Under the pieces are notes generated by a model. The model saw only the letters and a list, made by a program, of their open reading frames with translations. It made no database searches and was not told where the DNA came from. From contig JACQCQ010000002.1 in NCBI GenBank assembly GCA_016201505.1, positions 76,750 to 140,749 of the forward strand: a stretch of DNA of 64,000 nucleotides, given 5' to 3'. The stretch is from Candidatus Sungiibacteriota bacterium (GTDB taxonomy: Bacteria > Patescibacteriota > Minisyncoccia > Sungbacterales > JACQCQ01). A program made the translations under genes and the position numbers. Shown here piece after piece: positions 18,613 to 28,396 of this stretch (positions are counted from its first letter, which is position 1; each line of letters opens with the position of its first letter).

Positions 18613-19539
18613 ATGAGACAGCAAAAGCTTGCGGTGGGCGTTGTGGGGGTTGGCATGGTAGGTACGCCCCTAGCTCGCTGGTTTTTAGAACGTCAGGGTT
18701 ACGTGCGCCGGGAGAATCTTTTTTTGTCTGACCTTAAGCCCGAAAAGGAAATGCCCGATGACGTCAATCAAGCTGACGTTATTTTTATTTCAGTTCCCAC
18801 GCCGTCCCTCGGCGATAGATCCTGTGATATCTCGCGGGTGGCACATGCGATCCAATCTATTAGCGGTGAAAAGATTATTGTTATCAAATCGACTGTGCCG
18901 CCCGGAACGACCGAACATTTCCAAAATCTTTATCCAAGACATAAGTTTTTATTTAATCCCGAGAATTTAACCGAACGGAATGCCTGGGAAGATTTTGTCC
19001 GGCCTGACGCCCAGATTGTAGGTTTTACCGAACACGCCAAAGATGCTGCTATGCCGGTCCTGGCGTTATTGCCGAAAGCTCCTTTCATGTCGCCTTGGGG
19101 GATACAGACCTATCGACGAACCAGTATTACGGCCACCGAGGCAGAGATAATTAAATATGCGCGGAACGTGTTTTTTGCGCGTAAGGTGGTCTTCGCCAAC
19201 CTTTTGGCGAAGTTTTCTAAAGCCATGGGCGCGGATTATGAAAACGTGCGCAGTGGCATGTCGGCTGACTTTCGTGTCGGCGACTCGCACCTGGATGTAC
19301 ATCACAACGCTTACCTAGGATTTGGTGGATACTGCTTGCCCAAAGATGTCGACGCGTTTATCGCCGAATTAAAGAAGAAGAATTTGACCAAGGAAGCAGC
19401 CGTCGTTCTGGCTGATCGGGAATATAATCGGAAGCTATTGCTATCCCAGGGCCTTACGCTTGAGGATGCGAGTGTTCATGACGGTGAGTGGATCAAGCGT
19501 AAAATTGCGCAGACGGCATCACTACCTTCCGGCGCGTGA
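18613..19539 (+). CDS. UDP-glucose/GDP-mannose dehydrogenase family protein (short form)
   Basis: 308 aa with an N-terminal 'VGVVGVGMVGTPLA' NAD-binding motif and a central Cys region 'GFGGYCLPKD'. It is shorter than a typical UgdH. Confidence 0.6.
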   Translation: MRQQKLAVGVVGVGMVGTPLARWFLERQGYVRRENLFLSDLKPEKEMPDDVNQADVIFISVPTPSLGDRSCDISRVAHAIQSISGEKIIVIKSTVPPGTTEHFQNLYPRHKFLFNPENLTERNAWEDFVRPDAQIVGFTEHAKDAAMPVLALLPKAPFMSPWGIQTYRRTSITATEAEIIKYARNVFFARKVVFANLLAKFSKAMGADYENVRSGMSADFRVGDSHLDVHHNAYLGFGGYCLPKDVDAFIAELKKKNLTKEAAVVLADREYNRKLLLSQGLTLEDASVHDGEWIKRKIAQTASLPSGA

Positions 19540-20856
19540 AATCACAATCGCAATCGTCTTTAAAAGAATTAAGAGATCCAGCGCAATCGAGCGGTGCGCG
19601 ATGTAGTAGAGCTCATACTGCAACTTCTTGTAGGCGTCTTGAACTGAAGCGTAGTAGTATGGTGGATTAATCTGCGCCCAGCCGGTGAGGCCAGGCAGGG
19701 CGATATGGCGAATATCGTAGAAAGGAATTTCCTTTCGCAGGGGCTCGACAAATTCCGGCCGTTCGGGGCGCGGACCGACAAACGAAAGATTGCCCTGAAG
19801 CACTGCAATTAACTGCGGCAGCTCGTCAATGCGCGTAACCCGCAAAAATTTTCCGACGCGCGTGACTCGGGGGTCATTTTCACCGGCCCACTTGGCGCCG
19901 TTCTGTTCGGCATCAGCAATCATGGAACGGAATTTATAAATTTTAAACAACCTGCCATAACGTCCAACGCGCGTCTGGCCATAGAAAATCGGACCAGGAG
20001 AGTCGAGTCGGATAAGTATCGCCAGAATCGGCGTCGCCAAAGCTGTGGGAATGAGCAAAATTAAAGCGGCGATAATATCAACCAGCCGCTTGAAGAGATC
20101 AAAAACCAGGCGCTTGGTCGCCATAGGATTTTCAAGAAACCACTGCTCCGTGATGAGCGAAATCGGAATCCGCCCCGTATTTTCCTCATAAAACTTGGCA
20201 AAATTTGCTATACGGACACCAAGCGGGATGAGTTCTACGAGTCTTTTGGCGATCGCGCCGTTGGCCGCAACTTGGGGTGAGACAACGACCAGCGAGATTT
20301 TATCTTGTAAAACAAATTCTTTTAAATTTTCAGGAATCGGCGCGGCGTCATCCATAATCTCTGTCACGCGGTAGCCGAGTGCCACATTCTTTTTAAGAGC
20401 ACTAGCGAGCTCAAGTACTTCATCGGTAATTCCCAAAAACAAAACGGACTCGCGCGGGATGGATTTGAATAGCGAGGCAATGATTTGCCGCCAGATAATG
20501 ACCAACATGGCGGAAAGCGCCAGAACCGCGAATAAGTTGAGTTTTGGCGCAATGCCAAAAAATGGAATGAAGTAAAACAAAATAACGCCGACCAGCGCGT
20601 TGATGGTGAAGGCGAGGAGAATGCGCTGGATGAAATCGGCCGCCGAAGAACGAATGATTTCGTAGAGCCCCAAGATGTAAAAAACAATCGCCCAAAAGAA
20701 AAAAAGGATTGAGAAGGGGAGCGCGTGGATGCGGATAGGCAAACCCGTCTCAAGTCCGGCGTAACGAATGAAAAGTACGGCGAAAAGGGAGATATAAAAA
20801 GCTACCAAATCTCCCAGCAGGAGTATCAATTTTCTGGTGTCAGTTGATTGGCTCAT
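19522..20856 (-). CDS. undecaprenyl-phosphate sugar phosphotransferase (WbaP/bacterial sugar transferase family)
   Basis: 444 aa with an N-terminal TM region. The C-terminal 'RIDELPQLIAVLQGNLSFVGPRPERPEFV' motif is conserved in this family. Confidence 0.8.
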   Translation of the reverse strand: MSQSTDTRKLILLLGDLVAFYISLFAVLFIRYAGLETGLPIRIHALPFSILFFFWAIVFYILGLYEIIRSSAADFIQRILLAFTINALVGVILFYFIPFFGIAPKLNLFAVLALSAMLVIIWRQIIASLFKSIPRESVLFLGITDEVLELASALKKNVALGYRVTEIMDDAAPIPENLKEFVLQDKISLVVVSPQVAANGAIAKRLVELIPLGVRIANFAKFYEENTGRIPISLITEQWFLENPMATKRLVFDLFKRLVDIIAALILLIPTALATPILAILIRLDSPGPIFYGQTRVGRYGRLFKIYKFRSMIADAEQNGAKWAGENDPRVTRVGKFLRVTRIDELPQLIAVLQGNLSFVGPRPERPEFVEPLRKEIPFYDIRHIALPGLTGWAQINPPYYYASVQDAYKKLQYELYYIAHRSIALDLLILLKTIAIVISRAGR

Positions 20857-22014
20857 TTAAAGGCCATATACGGCCCGCGTCTTTTCTAGCATGGTTTGAA
20901 GCGAAAAGTCACGCGCCACCGTCTCATACAGCGCTGCGCCATATTTTTCTCGCAATGAGCTATCTTCCAGTAATTTATCAATGGCTGATGCAAAACTTTT
21001 TGGATCTTTGGGGTTAGTGAGTATACCATTTTCGCCGGAGCGAATGATATCCGGAATGCCGCCCACCTTGGTGGCAACCACCGGCACTCCGGCGAGGCCC
21101 GCTTCTAAGATCGCGTAGGGCAGACCTTCTTTTATCGATGACATAGAAAATATATTGAAGGCTCTTATAAGCCGTGCGGCATCAGGCACAAAACCGGCAA
21201 AAAATACGCGCTGGTTCAGTTTTAGTTGATCAACTATGTGGGTTAATATTTCTTGTTCCTCACCATCGCCGATGATAATAAGTTTGAACATTCCTTTTAC
21301 ATTGGCTGCGGCCTCAAGCAGGGTCTCATAGTCTTTATTTTTCGTCAGCTCACCGTTGGCGCCGATCCAGACCTCGTCCGATAGAGCCGTGATCTCCGCG
21401 CCATATCGCTGGTTTATGATTGTCTGCAGCTCCTTCCGGGCTCCTTCCCGGTCAAGGAATGGTAGATATAACTCAGGATTTACTCCGATAGGAATATAGT
21501 GAATCTTTTTACCGACAAAAGGCATTTGTTTTCCTATAACAAAGTCGCATTTCGTAATCACGATAGTTTTATGCGCCAGCAATGACGTGATCCAGGAAAA
21601 AAACCAAATTATTATCTTTTGCCATCGGGGCCGATCTTCTAAAAACGTCCAGCCGTGAACGGTAACAATGATACGGGACACACCGAGCATTCGTCCGGCC
21701 AGCGCCCCCAGGCCGGCCATTTTGGCGCTATTGGCATGCAGGACATCGGGCCGCAATGTTTTTAAAACTTGATAGATCTTGGTGAAAACACGGTATTCGG
21801 AGCTTCGGATGTCTCGCTCTAATCCCCCGATTGTTTCAACGCGGATATTTTTTTCTTGCAGTTGGTTTGCCAGCAGACCCCACTCACCCAGAACTACCGA
21901 GATTTGGTTCTTGCGACCCCCAAAATGGCTCGCTAAAGTAAACACATAGCGCTGTGCCCCTCCCCAGGTGCCTTTGGTGATGGCAAACACAATGTGTGTA
22001 CGCCCTTTTTGCAT
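20857..22014 (-). CDS. glycosyltransferase family 4 (GT4)
   Basis: 385 aa with a GT-B C-terminal 'EGLPYAILEAGLAGVPVVATKVGGIPDII' motif (E-X7-E region). Confidence 0.75.
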   Translation of the reverse strand: MQKGRTHIVFAITKGTWGGAQRYVFTLASHFGGRKNQISVVLGEWGLLANQLQEKNIRVETIGGLERDIRSSEYRVFTKIYQVLKTLRPDVLHANSAKMAGLGALAGRMLGVSRIIVTVHGWTFLEDRPRWQKIIIWFFSWITSLLAHKTIVITKCDFVIGKQMPFVGKKIHYIPIGVNPELYLPFLDREGARKELQTIINQRYGAEITALSDEVWIGANGELTKNKDYETLLEAAANVKGMFKLIIIGDGEEQEILTHIVDQLKLNQRVFFAGFVPDAARLIRAFNIFSMSSIKEGLPYAILEAGLAGVPVVATKVGGIPDIIRSGENGILTNPKDPKSFASAIDKLLEDSSLREKYGAALYETVARDFSLQTMLEKTRAVYGL

Positions 22015-22224
22015 ATGGCTAGTCTATCATTTAAAACCACACAATCAGGCAAAAAGTTATCCGTTAACGTTCAAGCACCCGGAGGCAAAATCCGAAACAC
22101 GAAACACGAAATCCTAAACAAATTCCAATAGCTAAAATCAAAAATACAAAATGTCGTTTTAGATTTATTGCCTTAAAATTGAGATATTGTTTCGTATTTC
22201 GGATTTAGAATTTAAGATTTTCTG

Positions 22225-23172
22225 ATGTACTATGCCTGTATGCAAGAAAATGTCACTTTAGCACCGCATACAACCTATGGCATTGGCGGGCCGGCGCGAT
22301 TTTTTAGGGAAGCAGAAACCCCCGATCAAATCATCAACTCAATTCAATTTGCCAGAAAGAAGTCGTTGCCCTTTTTTCTTTTGGGCGCGGGATCAAACGT
22401 TTTAGTTTCTGACGAGGGATTTCCCGGGGTGGTCATTAAAATTAAAGATGCTCAGGTACGCGTTGAAGGGAATACGATCATTGCGGGGCCCGGCATAATG
22501 ATGGCGCGGCTTGTGCACACGGCGGTGGCGGCGGGATTATCAGATATTGAATGGGCCATCGGTGTTCCAGGGACGCTCGGCGGATCAATTCGCGGGAACG
22601 CAGCCTGCTTTGGCGGCGAGACGGCCGCCAGGCTCGATTCAGTTGAAATCTATGACGCGCGATTGGATGAGACTCGCACGATACCGGCAAAGATGTGTGA
22701 ATTTGGCTACAAAGACAGCATTTTTAAACGTCGTCCCGCATGGGTCATTCTGTCCGCGCGGCTTGTTCTGCCCAATGGCGATATACCCGTCTCGTATCAA
22801 AAGATTCTCGAACATTCGCGGGTGCGGACGGTGTCTCAATCTATCGGCCCGAAATCCGCCGGCTGTGTGTTTAAGAATATTCCCTGGTCGCGGAAAGATA
22901 TCGAACGCACCAAGATTTTAATGCTACACCCGGAATTGGCCCAGTTTATGAATCTGCCCGAGATTCCGGCCTCCTTTTGTCTCGATCGTTCGGGAATGAA
23001 GCGCGAGCGCATCGGAGCCGTCGAAGTGAGCCCGGTTCACGCCAATTATTTTTTAAACCACGGCGGTGCTTCGGCCGAAGAAATTATGATGATGATTGGG
23101 GTTGCCAAAGATCGGGTAAGAAGAACCTTCGGCCTTGAGCTCGAAGAAGAAATCGCCAAAGTCGGATTTTAG
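22225..23172 (+). CDS. murB: UDP-N-acetylenolpyruvoylglucosamine reductase
   Basis: It has the 'GIGGPARFF' and 'FFLLGAGSNVLVSDEGF' FAD-binding MurB motifs. Confidence 0.8.
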   Translation: MYYACMQENVTLAPHTTYGIGGPARFFREAETPDQIINSIQFARKKSLPFFLLGAGSNVLVSDEGFPGVVIKIKDAQVRVEGNTIIAGPGIMMARLVHTAVAAGLSDIEWAIGVPGTLGGSIRGNAACFGGETAARLDSVEIYDARLDETRTIPAKMCEFGYKDSIFKRRPAWVILSARLVLPNGDIPVSYQKILEHSRVRTVSQSIGPKSAGCVFKNIPWSRKDIERTKILMLHPELAQFMNLPEIPASFCLDRSGMKRERIGAVEVSPVHANYFLNHGGASAEEIMMMIGVAKDRVRRTFGLELEEEIAKVGF

Positions 23173-23440
23173 AAACCACAAATCTCTACAAATTTCTGCA
23201 CTAAGATATACGAAAACTATTTGTACAGTTTTCGTTTTTAATTTTTTGTAATGCTTTGTGGCGACTCTAGTAGTTATCCACACTTGCAATGAAATGCCCA
23301 TCTGTTAAACTGAAGTCAGTTTTTGCTTTCTCAACGTTCCAGAAATTTTATTACAGCGAAGTGCAACAAGCACCCGTGTACATGCGGTGGTCGGCGTGTA
23401 CTAATATCGGCAAGTGACGTGTCGTCGCTCGCATACCTAG

Positions 23441-23494
23441 ATGGCAAAGAAAAAAGCAGCAAAGAAAAAGAAAGGCGGAAAGAGACGCAGATAA
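23441..23494 (+). CDS. 17-aa poly-Lys/Arg mini-ORF (MAKKKAAKKKKGGKRRR) followed by a strong terminator
   Basis: Read directly from the sequence. A terminator at 23500–23537 (aaaaacagccctgccgatggtggggctgttttttt) follows it. Function unknown. Confidence 0.25.
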   Translation: MAKKKAAKKKKGGKRRR

Positions 23495-23499
23495 GCCTT

Positions 23500-23537
23500 A
23501 AAAACAGCCCTGCCGATGGTGGGGCTGTTTTTTTGAG
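23500..23537 (+). terminator. Rho-independent terminator
   Basis: GC stem cagccc…gggctg followed by T7. Confidence 0.6.
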
Positions 23538-23579
23538 CCGCTTGAGAAGGATGCCGAGTTTATAGATAATAAAGGCACC

Positions 23580-23969
23580 ATGCGCTATCAATTAAAATTT
23601 ACCAAGGTTGATCCGACCCTTTCTCTCAAGGAGTACGCCGAGGAGAAACTCGTCTCCGTTTTAGAAAAACACCTGGGCGCGGGCGAAGATCCCTGGCGGT
23701 TTTTAATCGAAGTCGGCAGAAACACGATGCACCATCGGAAAGGCGAGATCTGGTTTGCGGAAGTAACCGGTTCCTCTCCCTTCGGCCAAATTCGCGTGCG
23801 TGAAGAAGCCAGTGAAATCCATGAGGCCATCGATTTAGCTGAAGCGGAACTCAAGACTAAACTGACGAAGTCAAAGGAAAAAATTACCACACGAGGAATT
23901 CGCGCCGCGCGCCGCGTGAAAGACATGATGCGTCTCTCGCGTCTTGTCAGATTTTTTAGGAGAAAATAG
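23580..23969 (+). CDS. hpf: ribosome hibernation promoting factor / RaiA family
   Basis: 129 aa. 'MRYQLKFTKVDPTLSLKEYAEEKL' matches the HPF N-terminus. Confidence 0.7.
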   Translation: MRYQLKFTKVDPTLSLKEYAEEKLVSVLEKHLGAGEDPWRFLIEVGRNTMHHRKGEIWFAEVTGSSPFGQIRVREEASEIHEAIDLAEAELKTKLTKSKEKITTRGIRAARRVKDMMRLSRLVRFFRRK

Positions 23970-24113
23970 CCACGAATACTTACAAAAAGCTATACGAAAC
24001 AAAACAAAACTTTTTGTATATATTTGTAAAAACAATTTTTGTACAGATTTGTGGTTTCCAGAGTTATCCACCATTGAAATTCTTTGGCAATCTTGTCAAA
24101 ATGAATAGCAGAG

Positions 24114-24581
24114 ATGAAATCTTCAAACGCGACCACCAACTTTGGTCTCCATCTGACAATCGATGGATATAATGGAGACGCGACGAAGCTCAACAGTATG
24201 GAGCACGTTTTCAAGGTCCTTGATGATTTACCTTCGTTTCTGGCAATGACGAAGCTAATCACACCCTATGTGGTCGCAGCCCCGGGCAATGACAAAAAAG
24301 ACCCAGGGGGATATTCGGGGTTTGTCATGATCCAGGAGTCCCATATTTCAGTTCATACCTTTCCTAAACGTCGATTTGTATCCATAGATGTCTACTCGTG
24401 CAAAAATTTTGATACGGGTAAGACCAAAGAGTACTTAACGAAGGCTTTTGGGCTCGGCGAGTGCGAAACGAACATCATCGTTCGCGGCACGCGCTATCCG
24501 ACCGAAAATGCTTCTCGAAGGGGAAATGGCGAAAAGTTTACACATCCTCGCGGATCTCTACAACTGCAACGGCGAGGCTAA
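24114..24581 (+). CDS. speH: S-adenosylmethionine decarboxylase proenzyme, pyruvoyl-dependent (SpeH/class 1) paralog 1
   Basis: It has the 'IQESHISVHTFPKRRFVSIDVYSC' self-processing ES|H motif. Confidence 0.7.
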   Translation: MKSSNATTNFGLHLTIDGYNGDATKLNSMEHVFKVLDDLPSFLAMTKLITPYVVAAPGNDKKDPGGYSGFVMIQESHISVHTFPKRRFVSIDVYSCKNFDTGKTKEYLTKAFGLGECETNIIVRGTRYPTENASRRGNGEKFTHPRGSLQLQRRG

Positions 24582-24900
24582 GTATCTCTCAAACGTAAAA
24601 GTTATAAAAGAAAAAGTCCTGGAGATGATCAGACGATCCGGGTTTACGGTCGTCGATTCGCGTTTTCATAAATTTGCACCCGGGACCAATGCAACAGATG
24701 GAGGCATCACGGGCGTGATCGTCGTCTCGGAATCTCATGCCGCCATACACACTTGGCCCGAGAAAGGGTTTGTAAATATCGATATCTTTTTTTGTAGCTA
24801 TTCGCGCGATAATTCAAAAAAGACCGAAAAGATTTTTAAGAAATTAACTGACCTCTATAAGCCCCGGAAGATGCGCCGCCGCGACGTCTGGCGGGATTAA
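24526..24900 (+). CDS. S-adenosylmethionine decarboxylase-like proenzyme paralog 2 (SpeH/arginine decarboxylase-like)
   Basis: 'MAKSLHILADLYNC…VVSESHAAIHTWPEKGFVNIDIFFCS' is the SpeH signature. The ATG at 24526 was chosen, which overlaps the C-terminal extension of paralog 1. Confidence 0.65.
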   Translation: MAKSLHILADLYNCNGEAKYLSNVKVIKEKVLEMIRRSGFTVVDSRFHKFAPGTNATDGGITGVIVVSESHAAIHTWPEKGFVNIDIFFCSYSRDNSKKTEKIFKKLTDLYKPRKMRRRDVWRD

Positions 24901-24906
24901 ACAAAT

Positions 24907-24930
24907 CCCCCCGCGCGGGGTCTGTTTTTT
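24907..24930 (+). terminator. Rho-independent terminator ccccgcgcgggg + T-run
   Basis: A palindromic GC stem followed by tctgtttttt. Confidence 0.55.
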
Positions 24931-24960
24931 AAGCCTCATCTAGGCTACAATAGCCCAGTT

Positions 24961-27651
24961 ATGGCTTGGTTTTCAGCCATTTTAGGGAACGCCAATCTCC
25001 GGGTCGTAAAAGACCTCGAGCCTTTGGTTGTGGATATTAATGCGCGTGAAGCTGATTTTGAAAAACTATCCGACGCCGAGCTACAAGCAAAAACAGTTGA
25101 ATTTAAAAAACGTATCGAGGCTGGAGAACTTTTAAATGATCTGCTCCCGGAAGCTTTTGCCGCAGTCCGCGAGGCTTCGAAGCGCACGCTCGGTCAAAGG
25201 CACTTTGATGTCCAATTGATGGGAGGCGCCGTTTTACATCAGGGCCGAATTGCTGAAATGCGCACCGGAGAAGGCAAGACGCTGGTGGCGACGCTGCCCA
25301 GCTATTTAAACGCGCTTTCGGGTAACGGCGTCCACATCGTGACCGTGAACGATTATCTTTCGCGGCGCGATGCTGTTTGGATGGGCCAAATTTATGCGGC
25401 TCTCGGCCTTTCGACCGCCGTCATCAATCACGATACTTCCTATATATATGATACGAGCGCCGAAGCCGAAGCCGAGGACGCGAAGCGCGACTTGATCGGC
25501 GGGTTTAAAATTGTCTATGATTTCCTGCGCCCCGTCACCAGACAAGAAGCTTACCGCGCCGATATCACCTACGGCACCAATAACGAGTACGCCTTTGATT
25601 ATCTGCGTGACAACATGGTCTATGCCGCAGCCGATAAAAGGCAGCGGGGGTTTACCTACGCCATCGTTGATGAAGTGGATTCGATTTTAATTGATGAAGC
25701 TCGCACCCCGCTCATCATTTCAGCCCCCGATGAAGAATCGGGCGAGCTCTATAAAACATTCTCGCGCATTGTCCCAAGACTAAAACGCGACGCCGACTAT
25801 ACGGTTGATGAAAAATTAAGAGCCGTCTCGCTCACCGAGCCGGGAATTGATAAGTTAGAGGAAATTTTAGGCAAAAAATTGTATGAGGGCGGGCATGAGG
25901 CTGAATCGATGCGGCTCGTGCATCATGTGGAGCAGGCTTTGAAGGCCGAGACTTTATTTTTGCGTGATCGCGATTACGTCCTCACTAAGGGCGAGGTCAT
26001 TATCGTTGATGAGTTTACCGGCCGTCTCATGCCGGGGCGGAGATGGTCGGAGGGACTGCATCAGGCGATTGAAGCTAAAGAAAGCGTCGAGGTCCAGAAA
26101 GAGTCGAGAACACTCGCGACCGTCACCTTCCAAAATTATTTCCGTATGTATAAGAAACTGGCCGGCATGACGGGAACCGCAGCCACCAACGCCGAGGAGT
26201 TCCATAAAGTCTATAATCTCGATGTCGTCACCATCCCGACGCACCGAGAAAATGTTCGGCAGGATCTAGCAGATCTGGTATTTCGCACCGAGAAGGGAAA
26301 ATTTCTGGCGCTCGCCCGGAAAATCAAATCTTTAAATGAAGCTGGCGCGCCGGTTTTAATCGGCACCGTCTCAATTGAAAAAAACGAGCGGCTTGCAGAA
26401 GTTTTAAAACGCGAAGGCGTGCCGCATGAAATTTTAAATGCTAAAAATCATGAAAAAGAAGCCGAAGTCATCGCCCAAGCCGGTGCGCCGGGCGCGGTGA
26501 CCGTTGCCACCAACCTCGCCGGCCGGGGCGTCGACATTATTTTAGGCGGCAATCCTCCCGCGTCGGAGGACGCGGAAAAAGTAAAAAACCTCGGCGGGCT
26601 GCATGTTTTTGGCACCGAGCGGCATGAGGCGCGGCGCATCGATAATCAGTTACGCGGCCGTTCAGGCCGGCAGGGCGATCCCGGAGCAACTCAATTTTAT
26701 CTCTCGCTCGATGACGATTTAATGCGTATCTTCGGCTCGGGTCGTATTAAGAAGATGATGGAGAGTTTTGGCATCCCCGAAGATGAGCCGATTGAAAATA
26801 AAATGGTCTCGAAAGCCATCGAGTCGGCGCAGGCCAAAATCGAAGGCTTCCATTTTGATGCCAGAAAACATGTCTTGGAATTTGACGACGTGATGAACCG
26901 GCAACGCGAGGCGATTTATCGCCTGCGGTCTGAAATCTTAGAGTCGGGCGAGGATAAGGAAAAACTGCAGAAGCGCGTATTTAGCATGATCGATGAAGAG
27001 GCGAGTATTATTTTAAATAATTATTTAAACGCTGAAGATTTAAACCAAGGCATTGATGAATTAAAACAGTTTATGCAGGTCTTTTTGCCGGAAGAAACTG
27101 ATCTTAATAAATTTGATGAGTTAAAAGAATTAAATAGCGGAGAACTATTTGATTCGGCGCGAGAGCTGGTAGCGGGGAAGTTGAAAAATGCCTATCAAAA
27201 TAAAGCAGCGAAATTCGGCGAGGGATTTATGACCACCGTGCGCGCATCTCTGCTTCAGACGATTGACATGTTCTGGATGGATCACTTAACGACCATGGAT
27301 CATTTGCGCGACTCGGTCCGCCTTCGGGCCTACGGCCAGCGCGATCCGCTGGTGGAATACAAAAATGAATCGGTGCGACTTTTTCGAATGTTGCAGGGGA
27401 CAATTCGCCAATATGCCCTACAGATTATCTTCCGCATCGGAAATGTTGAGCGGCAAGCAGCGGGAGACAAGAGACAAGCGGCTCAACCTTCGCAGAATTT
27501 GATATTCGAGTCAGCAAAAAATCAGAATCCAGAATCAGGAATTAATAATCAGGGAATGGAACGTCCCGCCTCCGCTAAAGCCCTGGCGGGCCGGAATGAT
27601 CCATGTCCCTGTGGAAGCGGTAAAAAATATAAGAGATGTCACGGGGCTTAA
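24961..27651 (+). CDS. secA: preprotein translocase ATPase SecA
   Basis: 896 aa. It has DEAD-motor motifs and a C-terminal zinc finger 'CPCGSGKKYKRCHG'. Confidence 0.95.
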   Translation: MAWFSAILGNANLRVVKDLEPLVVDINAREADFEKLSDAELQAKTVEFKKRIEAGELLNDLLPEAFAAVREASKRTLGQRHFDVQLMGGAVLHQGRIAEMRTGEGKTLVATLPSYLNALSGNGVHIVTVNDYLSRRDAVWMGQIYAALGLSTAVINHDTSYIYDTSAEAEAEDAKRDLIGGFKIVYDFLRPVTRQEAYRADITYGTNNEYAFDYLRDNMVYAAADKRQRGFTYAIVDEVDSILIDEARTPLIISAPDEESGELYKTFSRIVPRLKRDADYTVDEKLRAVSLTEPGIDKLEEILGKKLYEGGHEAESMRLVHHVEQALKAETLFLRDRDYVLTKGEVIIVDEFTGRLMPGRRWSEGLHQAIEAKESVEVQKESRTLATVTFQNYFRMYKKLAGMTGTAATNAEEFHKVYNLDVVTIPTHRENVRQDLADLVFRTEKGKFLALARKIKSLNEAGAPVLIGTVSIEKNERLAEVLKREGVPHEILNAKNHEKEAEVIAQAGAPGAVTVATNLAGRGVDIILGGNPPASEDAEKVKNLGGLHVFGTERHEARRIDNQLRGRSGRQGDPGATQFYLSLDDDLMRIFGSGRIKKMMESFGIPEDEPIENKMVSKAIESAQAKIEGFHFDARKHVLEFDDVMNRQREAIYRLRSEILESGEDKEKLQKRVFSMIDEEASIILNNYLNAEDLNQGIDELKQFMQVFLPEETDLNKFDELKELNSGELFDSARELVAGKLKNAYQNKAAKFGEGFMTTVRASLLQTIDMFWMDHLTTMDHLRDSVRLRAYGQRDPLVEYKNESVRLFRMLQGTIRQYALQIIFRIGNVERQAAGDKRQAAQPSQNLIFESAKNQNPESGINNQGMERPASAKALAGRNDPCPCGSGKKYKRCHGA

Positions 27652-27654
27652 ATT

Positions 27655-28263
27655 ATGATTACTGACTTACAGAAAATTAACGAAGAGGAGATGTTGAAAA
27701 ATTGGGCTTTGGCGGAGGTGTCGAGTGTCAGAAGGCAGAAATATCTAAGCGACATACTTCCCGAAAGTTTGATTCAGAAAATATCGCAAGAAGGGTACGA
27801 GTTTACGCAAGGTGAATGGAAACGACTTATAGAAATGATACGATCTACCCGGTCGCAATTGCTAAATGGTTTACTTCAACTGGATATGGAGTGGCACGAG
27901 GGAAAATTGCCGATACAAGAATTAAAGGACTTAGAGATGATGAACTGGCCGCCATTCGTAAATTTGGCAGGATCTAAAAGGTTTTTAGACCTCGTCAACA
28001 CCTTCCGAAATGGAAAGATGCCACCGAACCACCACGAATTTGCAGAGAATCTGGGACGCATACGAAAAGAACTGAAAATTGAGAATATGAAAGGTAAGCC
28101 GATTGTATTGAGCCGAAGCAGTGAGCCACCATACATTTTAGTCGAAGGATTTACACGATTATCTGCAATGCTAATGAATATACTTGACGGAAAATCGTAC
28201 GGAACGGATGTTCCTGTAATTCTAGGAGTAAGCAAGCAACTGGATGAATGGGAGTACGCTTAA
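27655..28263 (+). CDS. hypothetical protein
   Basis: 202 aa. It starts 4 nt after secA. No recognisable motif. Confidence 0.4.
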   Translation: MITDLQKINEEEMLKNWALAEVSSVRRQKYLSDILPESLIQKISQEGYEFTQGEWKRLIEMIRSTRSQLLNGLLQLDMEWHEGKLPIQELKDLEMMNWPPFVNLAGSKRFLDLVNTFRNGKMPPNHHEFAENLGRIRKELKIENMKGKPIVLSRSSEPPYILVEGFTRLSAMLMNILDGKSYGTDVPVILGVSKQLDEWEYA

Positions 28264-28396
28264 AAAGCGTTGCCAAGTATAAATTTATCCGCATGACATT
28301 TTCTATAATTAGACAAATCCGAGAGTGTCGCAGCAGGGAAAACGGCTTAAAATAAGGAAAATCCGTGCGTGACAGTATTTAAAGTGTAAAAGTGTC

